The notes below the pieces were generated by a model. The model saw nothing but the letters and a program-made list of their open reading frames with translations, did not search any database and was not told where the DNA came from. Below, in pieces: positions 1 through 13,916 of a DNA stretch of 64,000 nt. The DNA comes from Carcharhinus amblyrhynchos. Lineage: Eukaryota. Both the position numbers and the translations under genes were made by a program. Each line of letters starts with the position of its first letter. The stretch's first letter is position 1. Location of the stretch: positions 81,158,001 to 81,222,000 of the forward strand of contig OZ336882.1 in assembly GCA_965287045.1 (NCBI GenBank), given 5' to 3'.

Positions 1-359
1 TTAAGCCCTAGTAGCTCACTCTGTTTCCCCCTCACTCCGCTGCCCGCTCCGACGCTGCCCGCTGTCTATACCAGGCCTCTTTTTAAACCTGGCACTGATT
101 TAAAGATTGCTGGTCCACAACTCCCTTCTAACCACTCCCTCAGAATTCTTAAAGAGGTAAAAACAAAAAGCCCTCAAAAATGCTTTTCAATGATTTAAAC
201 AGTTTTACAAGGAACAAAGTGCTTTAAACTTATTTAAACAGGTTTTTAACAGGTAATTTCTTATCTCTCTCTCTGCTCCTTCACTCCTCTGCTCCAGCAA
301 ACAATACCCTTCCCTGTGTGAGTGCAATTTCAACAACATTCAAGGAGCTCTACACAATC

Positions 360-790
360 CAAGGCAAAGATGCTGGTTGTTAAAAACTCACCCACTATCT
401 TATACCTTCACTCCCTTGATCATCAGTTCATATTACCATCAGTGTGTTTAGTGTACCATGGGCGCATTACATCAAGCCTCCTTCACAAACATCTTCAAAA
501 CCCCCGAACTCAATCAAATAAAAGAAGAAGAACATCAGGTTAATCGGAGAAACTGCAAGTTCACCTCCAAGCCACACAATATCCTGACATGATGGTATGC
601 CACCGTTCCATCGCGGTCTCCTGGCAGAATGCCTATAACTTCCTCCCTAGTAGATCCAAGAGTCTTTGTGAAACACACAGTCAGTATACATTCAAAAAGG
701 CAGAATACCACCAACTTCTCAAGGATGGATAACTTAAATGTTTACGTAAACAGCGCTGCCCACGGTCCCTGAACAAACATTCGGGCTTCA
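360..790 (+). mobile_element. Decayed 3' end of a CR1/L2-group LINE (same family as 15561 and 42200 fragments)
   Basis: Degenerate match to 15700-16110, e.g. tgcaagttcacctccaagccacac and ttcaaaaaggcagaataccaccaacttctcaagg. Confidence 0.5.
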
Positions 791-2582
791 GTCATTAAAA
801 CAGATGAGATGGGCTAAATGACACATTGATAATATGTGATCGATGAACTACAGTGATGATTATGGATAGAGGTGTTCAAGGGGAAGTTAACACAAATTTT
901 GCCTTTTTAAGAAAATATTGTAAACATCATGCTTGGAGGGCTGAAAGGAATGTTGCAGCAAGCTGCAAACATTGACTGGCGGAATTTCTTTGAAACAGCG
1001 GACTAGATGCATCGAAGGCATTTCTGTGTATATCAGTGCGGCGCCGAAAGGCACACTGTGGATTGTGCATTCAAGGTAACGTTACTTCGTGATCCATTTC
1101 AACTTCAAGGAACACGCAGGTAGTTGTAATAGATGAGTCAAAACTATCACGATGGATGTAATTTTTATAGAGGACAGATGGAACACAGTGGGCAGATGGG
1201 CTCGATTAACGGAATGAAATGGTTTCAAATTGCTAATGAATGTGCATGATTAGCTGGGCGGTATTGGCTAGTTATATCTGCTGAATGGAATGAAATTTGT
1301 TGCCTGGGAGATGTGCTGAACAGAATTTTGTGGATAGGTGATACGACAGGCTATGGATACAATATATGTTTTCTACGGAAAGCTGATGGTGATGTTGCCG
1401 TTAAGTGACATGACAGGTTGAAGAGGGTGACTTGGCAAGATTGTATGTACTGCAGTATTCGCTATTACTAATATTGTACTATTAATTTACTATTGACTGT
1501 AGGGAATATTGTGGCTGGGTGGTACGAATAGGTGAAGAAGTACCTTGAATAGGTGAATATACTACAGGCTGTCTTTACGACTGGTAAGGTGATATGCCAC
1601 GTTGAGGGGAATATTTGAATAAGTGACACAGCAGATTGAAGGGAAAACAACGGATCTAAATGGAAGAGTAGTGTTCATCGGCCTGAGAGAACGTGGGAGC
1701 TCTGTCACCAGTTGCGCTACAATCAGTCTCTTAAATCTTATCCCAGGGCAAACTGTGGCCAAACTCATTTTGCGAAGCCTGGATATTGACTTGCTCAGAC
1801 TCTAATTTTGAAACCTTTCACCAACTTTAATGAGTTATATCAATTTTCAGAAAGCCGGAACTAGTTTCCCTACTGTTCGTGTCAAAGTTTTTCTGTTAAG
1901 TTGTTTAGCGTGGTGTGCATGGACCTCCTACCGAAAACCGGCATGACGAGTGATCGCTGCTATTCTCAGTTAAAATCGAAAAGGTGAAATATTCGTGTTC
2001 TTCCTAAACCCCATCAGGTGACTTTTCTGTGGGGAAGGAGTCCGAGCCCTCAAGAATTCCTCTGTGAGGGGGCAACATTTATTGTTTCTTCTTGAATTAT
2101 TGCATCTACTGAAGCCCTAATGCTCCGAATATCGTGTGAAGTTATCTCAAGAGAGTTGCCCTGAAATGGTAAAGGAACTACGATAGATCCTCATGTCAGA
2201 ATGATGTTAAATATAAGATTCCAATTTATTTCAAAAGCCCAAACTACGAATGAAATGTTCAAATATCAATGTAGAGTGTTGTTTCATTGAGTAGGTTCTT
2301 AATCCTGTTTCTATTCACTCAATGGTACACCTCTCGCAATGGCTGTGTTGCGACCAACACATTTATTTTCTTTCTTTAAACAATTGTGAAACAACATCAT
2401 GATCGTTAACTTCGTTTTTTCTCCCTAGGCTGTTTGTTAAATCACTGTAACAAATCCTTTAAAATGATGTAACCAGTGAGATACTCTCAACGGGGCGATC
2501 TCTCTCATTTTACTGTTGGCTCATTCAAACACGCAATGATATATAATCAGTTGCAGCCACCATTATCCTTACCTCAGAGATA

Positions 2583-2652
2583 ATGGAATACTCAGTGATA
2601 TATCAGATAGAAAGCATCTACTACCCTCTTCTCGCAGCCATTGGCATTATTG
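2583..2652 (+). CDS. GPCR gene 1, coding exon 1 (MEYSVIYQIESIYYPLLAAIGII), GPR139/GPR142-like
   Basis: ATG at 2583, 70 nt, followed by donor G|gtaagg at 2653. Phase 1 joins exon 2 in frame (G+TT=V, then N1.50). The YYP-L-A-G pattern matches exon 1 of the other three paralogs. Confidence 0.9.
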
Positions 2653-3184
2653 GTAAGGCTTTGCATCCAGTCTGAATGTTGTTAACTAATGTTGATTTCT
2701 TATTTACGCTTGCTCCCTGCCTTGTACTTCAACATATTCCTGTTTTTTTTCTCTGAGTGATAAAGATGTAATACCGTGCTACCGTTTAAACCAGGAGTAA
2801 TGTTACTGTTGGCTGTAGGAGGATTATTTACAAGGCTTTTATTTTCTTCAGTGCTCAACAGAGTCAATTTTGTGAGAACCTTTCGTTACATTGTTTCTTA
2901 TCCGTTTTTACCAAAAGAGCAAATGCGAGAATAAGTATCTAAATATCGGCGGATGATTTAATTCCCCTGTCATATGGGCAGATATTTACGACCGTTGTTG
3001 CGAATGCGAATAAATGGCAAGTATTGTTTGCAAGGGACGACTGACACGAAACTACGCATGTTGCGCTATGTTTTGATGGTTCTCTCCTCACCATTTAACA
3101 CCACAGTAAACATGTATTTTTTTAAAAATAGAGGAAAGGCTTGTCTATAGTAAATTGCGTAAATAAGGGTGCTCAAGTATATAT

Positions 3185-3523
3185 AGAAACATAGAAGCAT
3201 AGAATCATATAATCCCTACAGTACAGAAGGAGGACATTCGGCCCATTGACGCTGCACCGACGGCAATCCCACCCTGGCCCTATTCTCGTAACCCCACATA
3301 TTTACTCTGCTAATCCTGTGAAACTAGAATCAATGTGGAATGGCTAATCAAATTGATTCGCATTCTTTGGTCTGCGGGAGGAAACTGGAGCACCCAGAGG
3401 AAACCCACGCAGACAAGGATAGAATGTGCAAACTCCACACAGGCAGTGACCCGGGGTTGGATTTCATTCCGGATCCCTGGCGCTGTGAGGCAGCAGTGTG
3501 AACCATCGTGCCACCGGGCTCCC
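3185..3523 (-). mobile_element. HE1-type tRNA-derived SINE in gene 1 intron
   Basis: (catagaa)n tail, core ggaggaaactggagcacccagaggaaacccacgcagaca, tRNA-like head at the right end. Confidence 0.85.
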
Positions 3524-4539
3524 CATACAGCGTATATTTTATGCGTTAACGGAAGAAAGATTCAGTGGGCATTATACAACAGGTTATAGTATATAAACAC
3601 TCAAGATAATAACTAATACCCACACGTCAACTAAAGGTAAGCCTGCAGTCAACTGCAATGCACTTTGAAAACGTTCTCCACATTTCAACACTGGAGAACG
3701 GATAATTGACATCACAAGTCTTATTTTCAACACCATTGATAGTCTCGCTGAATTATTACTTGAATTTCGCTCATTTGTCAACTTTTTCATGATGCAAGCT
3801 ATACTATTAAATGAGTCAACTGTACCTCAGCTAGACACACTACCTGTGTCAAAACTTTATATACTTAAATCTGACTACAGATTTCGGTCACAGAAGGAAG
3901 GACCCGCGGAATATTGCAGTGTGGAGGCAGGTTAGACAACATTTCGATTTCGACAAATTCAGCCCCTTCTCCTTTGCCAATTTGCTTTCGTATCTTATTC
4001 CAATATTTCATAGAAATAAACAGCTTTAGCCTGGATGCGGGGGCCGAAACCGACACCCAATTAATATTAGAAGCGTATATATTATATTGACATTTTAATA
4101 TTGATGTGGAAATCAGCTGATGCGTTTCGTAACGTACAACAGTGACAATGCTCCATTGGTGGTGAAAAATGTCGTCATGTCTTGTGGTCGTGAAAATGTT
4201 TATTTCGCTAAAAATGTTCAGGTTTCTATTTTACCAAAATTCACCAGCTTTAATTAAGTCTTGGTATTAATAGGTGGGATTTAGAAAATAAACTGGGTTC
4301 ACAAAGAACAATTATCGTTTTTGTTATATCTTAACTGAATAAAGCATTTTGAAAAAAGTATCCTTTTTCCTTTTCGATGTCGAGACATGCGCACCACAGC
4401 CAAGCTGATAATTAATGCGTTTTACCGTCGTTATTTAATTATCAGAGTAAATAAGATGAACCGACTGCTTTGTTGCTGTTTGTTGTCTGGGTACTTAACA
4501 GAATCGATTACTAGACAAGTTCCGATGCTAATTAAGAGT

Positions 4540-4897
4540 CGGCACACTGGCACAGTGTTGAACAGGGCTGTGTTGCAGCTTCAGAGATCTGGGTCCGATT
4601 CCCGGCTTGGGTCACTGTCTGTCTGAAATTTGCACATTGTGTCTGCGTGGGTTTCCACACATAGTCCAGAGATGTGCGGGTTAGGTTAATTGGTAATACT
4701 AAATTGCCCTTTGGTGTGCCTTAGGGTGCTGGTTCGAGGGATTAGCGGGGTAAAGTTGTGGAGTTGTGGGAATACGGCTCGGCGGGCCGGGGGTGGAGGT
4801 GGGGTTCGGTGGCGGAGGGGGATGTGAGGGGGAGACTGTTGGTGGTGCAGATTCGAAGGGCCGAATGGCTTCTTCTGCATTGTAGGGATTCTACAAG
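4540..4897 (+). mobile_element. HE1-type SINE with internal G-rich expansion
   Basis: Head ggcacagtg...gggtccgattcccggcttgggtcactgtctg; tail gggccgaatggcttcttctgcattgtagggattcta. Confidence 0.8.
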
Positions 4898-6959
4898 TCA
4901 CCCAACTAGCTTACCTTCTATTTTATAAAAGAAGGCTCGTGAATCTATCATGCAAAATTGGACACCTGAGTGCGTTGCCTTTTTACATGATAGCAACTGT
5001 TGATTCCATGAAATCATAAAGAAGAGAATGAAATACATCGTCGGATAGACATTAAAACATAGTTCCATGCTCCTGGTTTTTCTTGTCACCTGAACGTTTT
5101 CCTTTTCTAAGTGGAGATTCAATTCACTTTCAGAAAGTTACGGCAGAACCTGTTTCGTTCCCCAAATCATGCAAATGTTTGTTGCCATAACAAAGTGCGA
5201 TATAAATTGAAACAGTCACTTTTAATTTTTGTCGTTGTTCAGTGTCTGTCTGTTCTAATCAACAACATCATTTGTTTACTTACCCTCGAACCAGCCAAAT
5301 TAAATATCGAAGCATGTTGTGATTTTAAAGGGTTATTCCCACTTTAGCTTTTCCATCCATCATGAAGCAGCGCCAACATTTCCAGGCACGCAACAAAAAT
5401 TATGTCCATAAGTCCTGATGAAGCTCCAGTGCCCCTCATCTTCACCCTTTCCTTGAATGTCAATTCTGAAGCCATTTTCGGCATGTCAAACAGTCCCCCA
5501 GCTCCTCTCTAAACATTATTTCGAAAGGTTCCCTAACACATCCTTGTTTTTCTTTTCTGTCTCCATTTATGAAGCTTAAGTGCATTGTTTAGCGCATTCT
5601 TAACTAGAGCTCCCACATTCAGAAATATGGGTGGGTGCATCATATTATATTCTCAGTCTGTTTCACAAACGTACCAAAAATTACATAGTTTTTCAGAATG
5701 TATTTTCCAAGTGGAATCAGTTATTCTTGCATATTGAGATTCATGTGTCCTGCTTTTCCAAGTTTTCTCTCTCAGTTTGTGTCTTCTGTTTCTTTTGTCA
5801 TATTCCTCCAGCCTAGTTAAGATAATTCGCTGCCTGTGCCATATTTACACTTTGAAAGTATTCCCTGTATATCAGAGTCCAACTCAATTGTTTCTCCTGG
5901 CACGTTCTGATAGCCTGGGTGGCATAATGTTGTTCACCCTTGCAGTTAAAAAGCTCAGAATTTACTGCTATTGCAAACGATCATCAGTTTCCTTTCTGAG
6001 AGCAGGAATGAGTTTCGCTGACAAATCAACTGTGAGCGTATCATGAGCGCTCATAGTCCAAATTCCAGATTACCTTCCGCATTATAAATAATTAACTATG
6101 CCCTGTCCTTTAATAATAATGCCGAACATGAACCAATCTAATCCCAACGTATATTATCTTGTCCCTTTTAAATTTAATCCACTGACAATTGAAGAGGAAG
6201 GTTAATAGGTTAATGCAGTGTGGTGGGGGGCGGGGGGAGGGGGCGGGGCGGATCAGTACGTTTCAATTCTTTGCCGAAGAGCATAACTGAATGTAACAAA
6301 AGCCTATTGAAAAAGATTTTCGATTCATATTGGAGTCGAGACTCAGTGGGGGCGGGGCTGGGGTGGTGGAGGGGGGGGTGGTGGGGCGTTGGTGAGGGGC
6401 GTGGTGGGGGGGGCGTCAAAAGGCGAAGCCCACTTTCGGCCACGATTAGATCAGACAAGATTTTATTAACTGTCAGCGCAAGCAAACGGACCGAGCGCCA
6501 ATTGTTTCCCCACTTTCTTATTTTTCTCCATTCATCCGGTTCTGCTGGTTGTCCATTTACACTTGTCTATATAGTGAACTTACGCACATCATTTGCTTAA
6601 GACTGCCGGTTCTGGTGAAAGTGACCGTTTCCTCCTTCTGCGGACATACAGAACCAGAATTCTTATTTATGTCAAGCTATCATTCCTCAAGATTAGATCC
6701 GGTTCCATTTGACGCATGTCAGGGTTACTGCTGTTCTTTTCACACTTTGAGATTTAGAAGTATGACCACGACGTTGCCAAATATTCAGCAAAAACATAGT
6801 CAAACAAAATAACCCTTGCCATTACAGATCGTTGTGACTTTTTTTCGATTCACTATTAACAACGATTAATAGTGTTTTTTTCTTATGTTCAATTCATTGA
6901 AGTTTTGTACTCTTTGCTATTTTGTTTAATTAATATGACCGTGTGGCAAAAATCCATTT

Positions 6960-7800
6960 CAATTGCATTTTTGAAGTTTTCTGATGATATCACTGTAGTA
7001 GTCGACTCTCAATCAATGAGGTCACGCAGGATACGAAAAAAGATAGAGATTCTGCTCAAATGGTGCAATGACACAAATCTCTATGTCAGTAAAACGAAGG
7101 AGATAGCCATTGGCTTCAAGAAGCTCAGTGGGGGATCTGCATCTGCCTACATCGACAGTGATGAAGTGGAGATGGTTCAGAACTTCACGTTTCTTGGTGT
7201 CCAGATCACCAACAATCTGCTCTGGCCCCTGCAAGACGATGTTTTAGTTAAGAAAGCCCACCAACATTTCTACTTTCTCACAAGGCAAAGGAAATCGGTC
7301 CTGTCCACTTCCCAATATTTACAGATTCACCATAGAAAGCAGAGTCCCGAATGTCACATGGTGAGAACAGCTTTTATGGTTGCTGCTCTGATCGAGACCG
7401 CAAGGAACGACAGAGGGTTGCGAGCATAGCCCAGTCGATCAGGCAAACCAGCCTCAAATCCACTGACTTCGTTTACTCATTCTACTTCCTCTGGAAAGCA
7501 GTCAGCAAAATCAAGGACCTCGGACATTGCGGGAATACTACCTTCCACATTCTTCATTCGGGAAAATAACAAACACACATCTGAAAACACGTTCCAACCG
7601 ACTCAAGAACACTTTCTTTAGAGATTAAACAGCGGTATCATAAATTCAATTGATCTTCTCTTCACCGCACGTGCAACTGAAAAACAATATTCCACACCCT
7701 AACGTTTTGTTTGTCACTCCGTGCTTAATCTTGTCTATAAAATGCACAAGAAACAATTTTCACTCCATCCCAATGCATGTGACAATAAACCAAATCAAAT
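6960..7800 (+). mobile_element. Rex1/Babar-like LINE, RT C-terminal fragment
   Basis: ORF 6872..7429 contains KFSDDITVV, VSKTKEIAIGFKK, FTFLGVQITNNL and VKKAHQHFYFL; ends in caataaaccaaatcaaatc tail. Confidence 0.75.
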
Positions 7801-7944
7801 CATCGTATTCTTCTATAGAAAGGCAATCAATTTGCTGCAGTGAATGTCATTTGCAATTTTTACATTGACTCTTATTCAAATGATAAAGTATTTACCTGTG
7901 AATTTGTCTACTAAATTGTTGATGTTTAATTCTATTTGTTACAG

Positions 7945-8870
7945 TTAACGCGGTGGCGATTGTGATCCTGAAACGAGGGAAATGTGGCCTCTCCAAATGT
8001 ATCACTCAGTACCTAATGGCAATGACTTCAGTAGATCTACTACTCGTCATCACCGATGTTATATTGAATCGACTTAATACTATGTATTTCCCTGTCAATT
8101 TTTTATCTATTACTCCAGTGTGTGCGCTGAAAGCAGCTTTATTTCTTTCAGCAACGAATTGTTCCGTTTGGTTCACAGTGGTTTTTACCTTTGATCGGTT
8201 TGTAGCCATTTCTTGCCAGACACTGAAACTACGATATTGTACCAAGAGAACTGCGGTTGTGGTTATCATAACAGTGACCATTATCAGCTGTGTGAGATGC
8301 ATTCCCTGGTGCCTTGCCTTTCGCCCTTCAATCATTATTGACAATGTACCATGGTTTTGCATTGAGAAAGATCTCTATCATACCTCAACATTTTATATAG
8401 TGTATGAGCGGATTGACATTGTACTAACACCATTGCTTCCATTTGCTCTGATTTTGGTTTTCAACACTCTGACTGCTAGGAATATTATAATTGTCACTAA
8501 GCTGCGGAGGAGCCTTAGGGAACAAAGTAAATCAGAGAATCATATTGACCCAGAAGTGGAGAGCCGAAGGAAATCCATTATATTACTTTTTGCTTTGTCT
8601 GCCAATTTTATACTATTGTGGATTCCATATATTGTGCACTTGTTAACCTGGAGAACTGTAAACTACAATTACACAGACAAAAGCTTTACCAATCCAGAAT
8701 ATGTCGCTCAGCAATGTGGATACATGTTGCAGCTTCTGAGTTCATGCACCAACACCTGCATTTATGCACTAACCCAGAGGAAATTCAGGGAGGAGTTAAA
8801 GAACGGGGTTAAATATCCATTTATTCTAATTTCAAAAATATTTGAACAAAGTAAAACAGAACTTCAATAA
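7945..8870 (+). CDS. GPCR gene 1, coding exon 2; spliced product 331 aa, class A GPR139/GPR142-like receptor
   Basis: Acceptor ttgttacag|TT at 7944/7945. Hydrophobic TM segments, MAMTSVD (TM2), C3.25, SVWFTV-FTFDRF (TM3), PWFC (ECL2), DPEVESRRKS, NTCIY (TM7), stop TAA. Confidence 0.92.
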
Positions 8871-9167
8871 GAGGTTCTAACATGACAGATTACCCTGCAT
8901 TCAAAATAGAACACGACTGTCACTTGTCCATTATTGCGATAACATATATTCTTTGACCCTTGTGACAATGGTTGATTTTTTTCATTAACGTCTTGCAAAG
9001 TCTTGCAATCTTAACTGTCATTAACACTGCAGTCGCCTGAAATGACACCTCCAATTTCTCGCTCAGCGAGATATGAATAGCCAGATAATTCCTACATATA
9101 ATTACATGGCGAGAGCATATATGCCAGAATCATCTCGCCTGGTCCCTGCAGTTGCGGATTCAGCCAA

Positions 9168-9503
9168 GGATCACGGCGGCATATTGGTTAGCTCTGTTGA
9201 TTCATAGCAGCAGGGCGCCAGAATCGATTCCAGCCTTGGGTCCTTGTCTGTCTGTTTGTGTCTGCTTGGATTTCCTTCGGGTTCTCAGGTTTCATCTGAT
9301 AGTGACAACGATGTGCATGGCAGGTGCATTGACCATGCTAAACTGCACCTGAGTATTCATCTGCAGGTTAGTTGAAATAGTCATGGTAAATGCATGGGGT
9401 TACGTTGATAGTGCATGGGGATGAGCTTGGGTAAGATCCTCTTTCCGAGAGACAGTACATACTTGATGGGCAGAATGACATCCAAATGTGGAATGATTCT
9501 ATA
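9168..9503 (+). mobile_element. Old HE1-type SINE
   Basis: Degenerate head (cacggcggcatattggttagc...tcgattccagccttggg) and tail (ttgatgggcagaatgac). Confidence 0.65.
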
Positions 9504-10299
9504 TTTGGAGCCCTCTTTTTTTTAGCTGCACGGAAGCCACTTCAACACAATTCATGGAACAGATATAGTGCTGGATCCCAGTTTTACATCTGCATCACTT
9601 TTCGCAACGCGACCTGTCTTCGGGTTGTCGAGCTATTTGTTTGATGTTGAATGCTGCATCATATGCAATGTAGTCGGCTGCAACATTTAACTGGAAAATC
9701 CGTTCAAAATCACTGCTAACTCACTTCTCTTGCCGTGGATTCTGTATTTTCTTTGGTGGCTGTCTTATGTTGCGAATGATTGTTTATAATTTTGCATTTG
9801 GGATGCAAGCCCGTTGACATCCCGTCTTCTTATCTTCTTCGTTACATAGGCAACCATATTTCTCCCCTCTCTTCCAACGTGCTTCCTTGTTAGTCCATGT
9901 GTGGCTTGGTACCCCTTCGCCTCAATGTTTTCAACAACTTGTGTGCGTATTACACAAAATGTTGCAGGCTACTCCAGTCCGGAGTTATGCACGGGAATTT
10001 GCTATTCCTTCCAGTGCAGCTATTTAGCCTTGGCCATTGACCCGTTAATCATTGTTGCGGACGCGTTCAGGGAGGTCCAAACTACACCTTGTTCACTCTC
10101 TACCTATACAGTTTCCTTCAAAATTCTTTGTTAAATCTCACGTTTGTAAACCAGTTTTATATTTATCTTTTATATTGTTTTCTTTTTCTTTGGTTTGACA
10201 TTCATTTTTGAGGTGACAAGAGTTTATGAATGTCAGGAAATTCTGTGATGTCTATTATCCACTTTGAAAATTCTCCTGTAACGTATTCAAATAAAGAAA

Positions 10300-11400
10300 A
10301 ATAAAATACTGTGGATGCTGAAAATCTAAAATTCATATAAAAAGTTTTATAAACGTTCATTGGATCACGTAGCACCTGTGGAGAATGAGGCAGAGTTAAC
10401 GTTTGGGTTCCCATAGAACACTTCTGCAGCACGGAAAAAGAGGGATACACGTGTTGCATTGCGTAGCGTACAGAGGGGTGGAGCAGCTGGAGAAGAGCAA
10501 AAGGTCACCGATTAGTGAGAGTGAAGAGAGCTTTAATTAAAAAAAGAAAGGCAAAAGTTAAAGTTGTGTTGATGGAAACAGTGAGGGCTGTGGAAATTGC
10601 AAGTCACATCACAAACGTGTGACAACAGAACGTGTACAGTGCTCAGTGAAGCAAAATCCTAAGGAGTCTGACACATGGTCAAGAAGGGAGCGTTGTGCCA
10701 AAACAAAGTTCAAAATTGCCCATGATAGAGGGAAAATACCGCTTTATTCAGTTGTTGAAACTCAATGTTGAGTGCAGTTATTGGAAGATGGGATCCCACT
10801 CATTCATTTTGTTCTGGGTTTCACTGAAACATTCCAATAGACCAAGGATTGACATCTGAGCATGAGTGTAGGCTGCTGAGTTGAATTTATAAGCAGCAGA
10901 AAAATTAGGATCACGGTTGCATGCTTAGAGATCGTATTCCATGAAATCTTCACCCAGCCTGTTTTTTGCCTCCATCGCATAGAGGTGAACACATTGGGAG
11001 CAGTGAACACTGTCGGCAAAATTGCTGGAGGTGAAAATGAAACGGTGCTTCAGTTGTAAAACGTTGATGGATTTTGGTCGGTGAAGAAAGAGGACATAAA
11101 GGGACAGGGGTTGCATCTTCGGTGACGGCAGGAGAAGGTTAACCTGAGAAAGTTCTGTGGGCTTAGGGTGAAGGAGAAAGAACTATGACTGAAGGAGTCG
11201 CCCCTGCAGAATAATTTCATAGACTAGTGGAAGTTGTGAGGGAAATGGATGTTTAACGCTGGCATCTCTGTGGAGTTGGGGGAAGAGTGGAGAATGATTT
11301 TCTGAATGCGAAGGCTAGTGGGTCGAAATGTGAGGAAAATGGGGGACACTATCATCATTCTAGTCGGGCAGCACGTAGTTTAGGTTACACTGCTGGGGCA
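10300..11400 (-). mobile_element. Decayed shark-type Penelope-like element fragment
   Basis: Starts aaataaaatactgtggatgctgaaaatct...gcacctgtggagaatgaggcagagttaacgttt, the reverse complement of the motif at 36430-36570. Family assignment is from recall. Confidence 0.55.
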
Positions 11401-11559
11401 GGAAGAAACGTGCACGTGTTTCTCCTTTCAATACTTACAAAATTGTAGCTCTGTTGACAGCAGCCTGGAGGAAGGAAATGGTTCAATAAAGGCATCAGTC
11501 ATTGGAATTTTTTTAGATCAACAAATCACTTTACGCTGCCATGCATGACGTGAGCTCCG

Positions 11560-13000
11560 GACATCTATTACGGAGATCTTAGATGAGAGTATACAGGAGA
11601 CTCTGGCTGGACAAAACGAATTGGATGATCAGTTTAACACAAATAGTGCTGCCACAGTTTCAATCAATGGGTGGTTGATATAACGCTTTTCAATTAATTG
11701 TAGAGGGTACTCGGAAAATTTGATCCCATGGCCTAATATCTTTATAAGGTTAACCTTCTTTTTTACAAAATGCAAACATTTCAGACGTAAAATGACTCTG
11801 TATAAAAGTGTTCATTAAACTTAATGTAAAAAAATTTAAATCGTTGAAGAATTAAAATTGACATAAAATAAGATGGAACTTAAAATACAACAGACAGAAC
11901 AATACCTTTGGCCGAAGAGAAATCTCAGCTATGCCAGTCAACACAACAGTAGCATTAGGCTTTCTAAACAGATTTGTGTGTTCATGCCAAAATGTAAGTT
12001 AATTATACTCTATTGTTATCAATAATCCAATCCATTAATTAGGTCAGTATGGTTTCATTTATTATTCAATATGCCAATCTAATCACGACAGTTTTATTAA
12101 ATCAATTAAAAACTTGCACCTTCAATAATGTTATTTCATTATTTCTTTCTGAAACGCAGAAGTCCGCCTTGGCATAAATCACTTTCTTGTTGCCATTGTA
12201 TCCAAGAAAATATATTTTACTTAATTCAGCACTGGCTAATTGGCTAAATTTGGTCTAATGCCAAATGGGGACCCAGGACTCGACATCATTCCAGGCCTGA
12301 GCGGTTTAAATCATATAAAATGTATCTTAAGATGTTCCTTCACACCGGTATATTTTGAATATGTTTGTTTGATCCATTCTTTTCTTAATGTAAGTTAAAC
12401 CATTTAATACCAAAATGTTGAATCTTGTATTCTTCGTTAAAGTTACTGATATCTTTAGTCAAAGTAAAGATAAACTGCATGTTTCTGCCTTAGAATCTTC
12501 ATTAATACAATTCAATTTTAAATGAATCAGCTTACTTCGAAATCGTTGATTTATATAAAACATACACCTCATGGTTCAATTTTCTTTCAAATCCTTGCAC
12601 ATATAATCAACAGTTCATAGCCTTCATGCAGCGTAGGGTTAATTATAAATTTCCCTTTATCCTATCTGATAGTTGCTAATGTTTATTGTCCCCTTCCACA
12701 GTTTCACTCAATATTTGGTTGATGCAAAGCTTTTCAATTAATTCTGGAGTAAGACAAAATGCCCGATTACATCCTGTGTTGTCCTTGTGTTCCAAAGACA
12801 CACCCCTCAGCAGGGTCCCTTTGGAAGGTTTGGGGAATTCGTGGACTGACAATCGCAATCAACGGATGCACATAGGTCAAAATTACTATCTGATTTACAT
12901 GGATCCGCTGTCTGATGTACATTTGTAACCAACTCAAACAGTCCCCCAAAGCCAAGTTAAATCAGGAAAAAAAAGGGTGTGGGGGTCATATTCTTTGGGA
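11560..13000 (+). mobile_element. Tx1/L1-like RT remnants separated by an AT-rich segment
   Basis: VSINGW at about 11655; SFSINSGVRQNARLHPVL (degenerate GVRQGCPLSP) in ORF 12686..12928. Confidence 0.5.
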
Positions 13001-13848
13001 CGAGGTTCAACAGATCGTGTGTCCGCCTCATCAACGAGTAAGTCCGCATGATGGTACTATACAGGCATTCACAACCTCATCTGGACTCATTACTTTGTGT
13101 ATAAAGATCAAAACTCTCTCTGAATTTGCATCATGAAGGATTTTTTTCAACTTTGCTCCTCCGTTACAGAGTTTCGTTTTTGTACAACATTCCCCTCCCG
13201 CAATCCAACCATTTGAAATCTGTCATATTCACAGTCATTTCTGATCGTTTGGACCGTTTACCTCGCTTGTCTTCACATAATTTCCCAGATCTGCCGAGCA
13301 TTTCCAACGTCATGACAATGTTGAGTTCGTTCTCTATCTGAAAGCATAGTATATTGTCACGAGTTTCAAGATTAAATTAATTAAATTGGATTGTGGTACA
13401 TAGCGTTCCAAAATGAGATGGGCCGGGGGTCACTTTCGGAATTGTGTTTTTTTTTTAATTATAATTCAGGATTTCCCTTAATACTGGGCGAGAAGATAAG
13501 AACATTCTTAAAGAGGTGAAGATGATCGATGATTCATCCAGGGCAAATGCTGAGTGTTCAGTACCAACCATTTGGTTCATGTAGCAAAGCTACATTTGCC
13601 CAGCTGTGCGAGCGGTGGTTAAGGTGTTGTACGTGGGTGTTGCACATGTGATTCGGTGTGAGTGTTCAAACATTGTTCGAAGCCTCCATGATTGAAATGA
13701 TTCTCTTCTTCCATCAGCTCCCTGTCTCGGAATGCATTAATTAATCCACTGTTCCAATGCTTAGGGGAAAAAATGCCAAAAAACTTGGTTACCGGCTGTT
13801 TGTTAGAAACACTCTAACTTTCGACAAAAAAATGAAAATTAAACTCAG

Positions 13849-13916
13849 CAAACGTGTTGTAATATGTTATCAACATATTACAACACGTTTGTAGTATGTT
13901 ATCAACATATTACAAC
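13849..13916. repeat. Perfect 20-bp-arm inverted repeat followed by a tandem copy of its core
   Basis: caaacgtgttgtaatatgtt-atc-aacatattacaacacgtttg; the core is repeated at 13889..13916 with one mismatch. Confidence 0.95.

Noticed and set aside
1-330. Possible 5' UTR of a minus-strand CR1
   Set aside because: Resemblance only; no coding evidence inside the window.
4905-4955. Orphan exon-1-like piece MIDSRAFFYKIE with gtaag donor on the minus strand
   Set aside because: Only superficial similarity to IYQIE; lacks the hydrophobic TM1 half.
6210-6600. Gly-rich and Pro-rich ORFs
   Set aside because: Products of low-complexity G-tracts in the gene 1 intron.
7945-8870. Assigning the symbol GPR139 or GPR142
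   Set aside because: Multi-copy, with different TM6/TM7 motifs; orthology cannot be shown without a phylogeny.
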